Shown here: piece after piece, positions 62,104 through 64,000 of the stretch
Position numbering within the stretch: the stretch's first letter is position 1
How the letters are laid out: each line of letters opens with the position of its first letter
Notes under the pieces: model-generated
What the model was told of the DNA's origin: nothing
Databases searched by the model: none
What the model saw: only the letters and a program-made list of their open reading frames with translations
DNA from: an uncultured Woeseiaceae bacterium
Lineage (GTDB): Bacteria > Pseudomonadota > Gammaproteobacteria > Steroidobacterales > Woeseiaceae
Reading direction: 5' to 3'
NCBI GenBank assembly: GCA_905480215.1
Contig: CAJQPL010000002.1
Coordinates: 31,308-95,307 of the forward strand
Length of the DNA stretch: 64,000 nucleotides
Translations under genes and position numbers: made by a program

Positions 62104-64000
62104 ATTAAGGAACGCGCTCAAATCGTCGTGGTCGGCGGCGGAATCATGGGCGTCGGTCTGCTTTATCACCTCGCCGAAGAGGGTTGCACCGATAGTTTGC
62201 TGATCGAAAAGGGCGAATTGACCTCAGGCTCGACCTGGCATGCAGCCGGACAATGCCCGAGCCTGGTCGGCAACTATAATCTGGCCAAGATTCATGCTTA
62301 CAGCAACTCCCTGTATCCCAAACTTGAGGAGATGACCGGCCAGTATGTGAGTTGGCATGCTTCTGGTGGCATCCGCCTGGCAAGGCACAAAGATGACCTC
62401 GAGTGGTTTAAATACCTGCATGGTATTTCGCAAAGTGTCGGTTTTGAAATGGAGATCATTGGCCCCAGCGAGATAAAGAATCTGGTGCCATCGCTCGAGC
62501 TTGACGATGTTATTGCTGCTGCCTACACCACCGGTGATGGACATGCCGACCCGTCAGGGCTGACACACGCAATGGCGCGTGCCGCCACCAATCTCGGTGC
62601 TTCTATCGAGCGCCACAATCGCGTCATCGACATCAACTTATTGGCCAACGGCGAATGGGAGGTCATCACTGAGAAAGGTAGAGTCGTCGCCGAAGTCGTG
62701 GTCAATGCTGCGGGCTGTTTTGCGCGGCAGGTATCGCAAATGGTTGGCAGCGACATGCCACTGGTCAACATGGAACATCACTACATTGTAACCGGCAATA
62801 TTGCGGAATTTGAGGACAGCGATATTGAGTTACCGGTCATTCGCGACCCTCGAGCCTCCGCCTATATTCGTCAGGAGCAGAAGTCCGGCCTGATCGGTAT
62901 TTACGAAGGCGAGCAAATGACCGAAGCGTGGGCGCCAAAAGGTTATCCATCCTGGGAATCGGATAGTGAGCTGTTCCCCGACGACCTCGAACGGCTAATG
63001 CCATGGCTCGGTCACGCGATGGAGCGCTTGCCGATTCTCGAAGAGGCTGGCATCAAGCGCATCGTCAATGGCGCTATCCCGCATCCCCCCGATGGCCCGC
63101 CCTACCTCGGTCCAGTCGCTGGTTTGAAGAATTTTTGGCTGTGTTGTGGCTCATCCTTCGGCATCGCCCAAGGCGCCGGTTGCGGCAAATACCTCGCTCA
63201 ATGGATGTTGCACGGCGACTCAGAAATCAACATGACAGGATTTGACCCACGCCGCTTTGGTGTCTATGCCGACGCCGACTATGCCCGCGCGAAAGGATTT
63301 CAGGACTACCGCTTGACCTACGCCACACCTCTACCTGGCGAAGAGCTACCCGCAGGCCGCGCGCAACGCACCAGTCCATTGTACGAACAGCTACAGGCCA
63401 AAGGCGGCGTTTTTACAGAGACCTTCGGATGGGAACGACCGAAGTGGTATGCACCGGACGGCGTTGCTGAAGAGTACAGCTACCGTCGTAACAACGTGTT
63501 CGACATTGTCAGGGATGAATGTATGGCAGTTCGGGAACGCGTTGGCATTCTCGATTTAAGTGGCTTCGCCAAATACGATGTCACTGGCAGCGACGCTGAA
63601 GCATTTCTAAACCGTCTATGCGCCAACAGTATGTCAAAAAAGATTGGCGGTGTTGTGCTCGCCCACATTTTATCGGTGAACGGCCGGATTCTTGGCGAAG
63701 TAACTATCACTCGCATGTCAGACACGCATTTCTATTTGCTGTCAGCAGCCGGAGCAGAATTGCGAGATCTGGATCATCTGCTGCAAGGACGTAACGACGA
63801 CGAAGATGTGGCAATCAACAACATCACCGACGACCGCGGCGTATTAGTTTTGGCCGGACCCAAGGCACGTGACGTATTAGCAACATTGACTGAGTCCGAC
63901 TTGAGCAATGAATCTTTTCGCTGGCTTACAGCGCAGGAAATTTCAATCGCTGGCGTTCCGCTGCGCGCGCTGCGCGTGAACTACGTTGGTGAGCTCGGTT
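62104..64000 (+). CDS. Dimethylglycine/sarcosine dehydrogenase family protein (FAD oxidoreductase + GcvT-like folate domain). 3' end outside the window; start codon uncertain.
   Basis: Not in the ORF track (no stop inside the window). The frame is open from 62083 to 64000. 'IVVVGGGIMGVGLLYHLAEEG', covalent-flavin motif 'TSGSTWHAAG', 'GIKRIVNGAIPHPPDGPPYLG', T-domain 'VGILDLSGFAKYDVTG', 'VNYVGELG'. There is no ATG/GTG/TTG upstream of the Rossmann strand; ATT 62104 follows GGAG by 7 nt. Confidence 0.85.
   Translation, partial: MKERAQIVVVGGGIMGVGLLYHLAEEGCTDSLLIEKGELTSGSTWHAAGQCPSLVGNYNLAKIHAYSNSLYPKLEEMTGQYVSWHASGGIRLARHKDDLEWFKYLHGISQSVGFEMEIIGPSEIKNLVPSLELDDVIAAAYTTGDGHADPSGLTHAMARAATNLGASIERHNRVIDINLLANGEWEVITEKGRVVAEVVVNAAGCFARQVSQMVGSDMPLVNMEHHYIVTGNIAEFEDSDIELPVIRDPRASAYIRQEQKSGLIGIYEGEQMTEAWAPKGYPSWESDSELFPDDLERLMPWLGHAMERLPILEEAGIKRIVNGAIPHPPDGPPYLGPVAGLKNFWLCCGSSFGIAQGAGCGKYLAQWMLHGDSEINMTGFDPRRFGVYADADYARAKGFQDYRLTYATPLPGEELPAGRAQRTSPLYEQLQAKGGVFTETFGWERPKWYAPDGVAEEYSYRRNNVFDIVRDECMAVRERVGILDLSGFAKYDVTGSDAEAFLNRLCANSMSKKIGGVVLAHILSVNGRILGEVTITRMSDTHFYLLSAAGAELRDLDHLLQGRNDDEDVAINNITDDRGVLVLAGPKARDVLATLTESDLSNESFRWLTAQEISIAGVPLRALRVNYVGELG

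Noticed and set aside
1-64000. Search by eye for tRNA/rRNA genes, CRISPR repeats, IS elements/transposases, integrases, prophage genes, toxin-antitoxin pairs and known defence-system proteins.
   Set aside because: None was recognised. All intergenic gaps are short except 61651-62103, and no repeated spacer-repeat architecture or terminal inverted repeats were seen. A proper tRNAscan/Infernal/ISfinder run was not possible.

Overview
Dense, almost entirely protein-coding chromosomal segment. I call about 55 CDS on both strands, with many 1-14 nt start/stop overlaps and five convergent 3' overlaps. The gene content suggests a marine heterotrophic (probably gamma-) proteobacterium. By eye I found no rRNA, tRNA, CRISPR array, transposase, integrase or phage gene; no tRNA or ncRNA scan could be run. 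Recognisable content, left to right: 3' end of an ExeM/NucH-like extracellular nuclease; an MFS transporter; a YadGH-like ABC-2 exporter; a D-Cys desulfhydrase-like enzyme plus Asp/Glu racemase; a CMD-family protein; glcB followed directly by modABC; an MBL hydrolase; a PuuB-like/DAO-like flavoprotein plus SDR operon; a cluster of Asp/Asn beta-hydroxylase-like, MTHFR-like, HxD..H oxygenase-like and TPR-sulfotransferase genes plus a TonB-dependent receptor; GNAT; an amidohydrolase; a seven-gene coupled operon (two CrtI/amine-oxidase-like flavoproteins, GcvT-type aminomethyltransferase, ADP-forming acyl-CoA synthetase, TIM-barrel, MOSC) divergent from TetR-ACAD-potFGHI-like genes; a GbcA-like Rieske oxygenase; an ODC-fold decarboxylase; a MauG/CCP-like di-haem enzyme with a coupled unknown partner and a ZIP-like protein; an esterase; an orphan C39-peptidase ABC exporter plus HlyD partner; a BaiN/YhiN flavoprotein; a 5'-nucleotidase; a class V PLP enzyme; a ureohydrolase/MFS and SSS/2-hydroxyacid dehydrogenase/aminotransferase divergon; dbpA; and a 3'-truncated dimethylglycine/sarcosine-dehydrogenase-like gene that is absent from the ORF track because it runs off the window. 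The overall theme is uptake and catabolism of polyamines, guanidino compounds and N-methylated amines with folate-linked C1 capture. Best candidates for undescribed biology: (i) the split flavoprotein + GcvT + CoA-ligase operon under a TetR/palindrome/13-bp-repeat control region; (ii) the hydroxylase/sulfotransferase/TBDR cluster; (iii) the MauG-like enzyme with its coupled membrane partner; (iv) the PCAT exporter with no visible substrate gene. Three genes show apparent single-base frame disruptions (potG-like 3' end, TPR-sulfotransferase 5' end, DMGDH-like 5' end). These may be sequence errors rather than biology.
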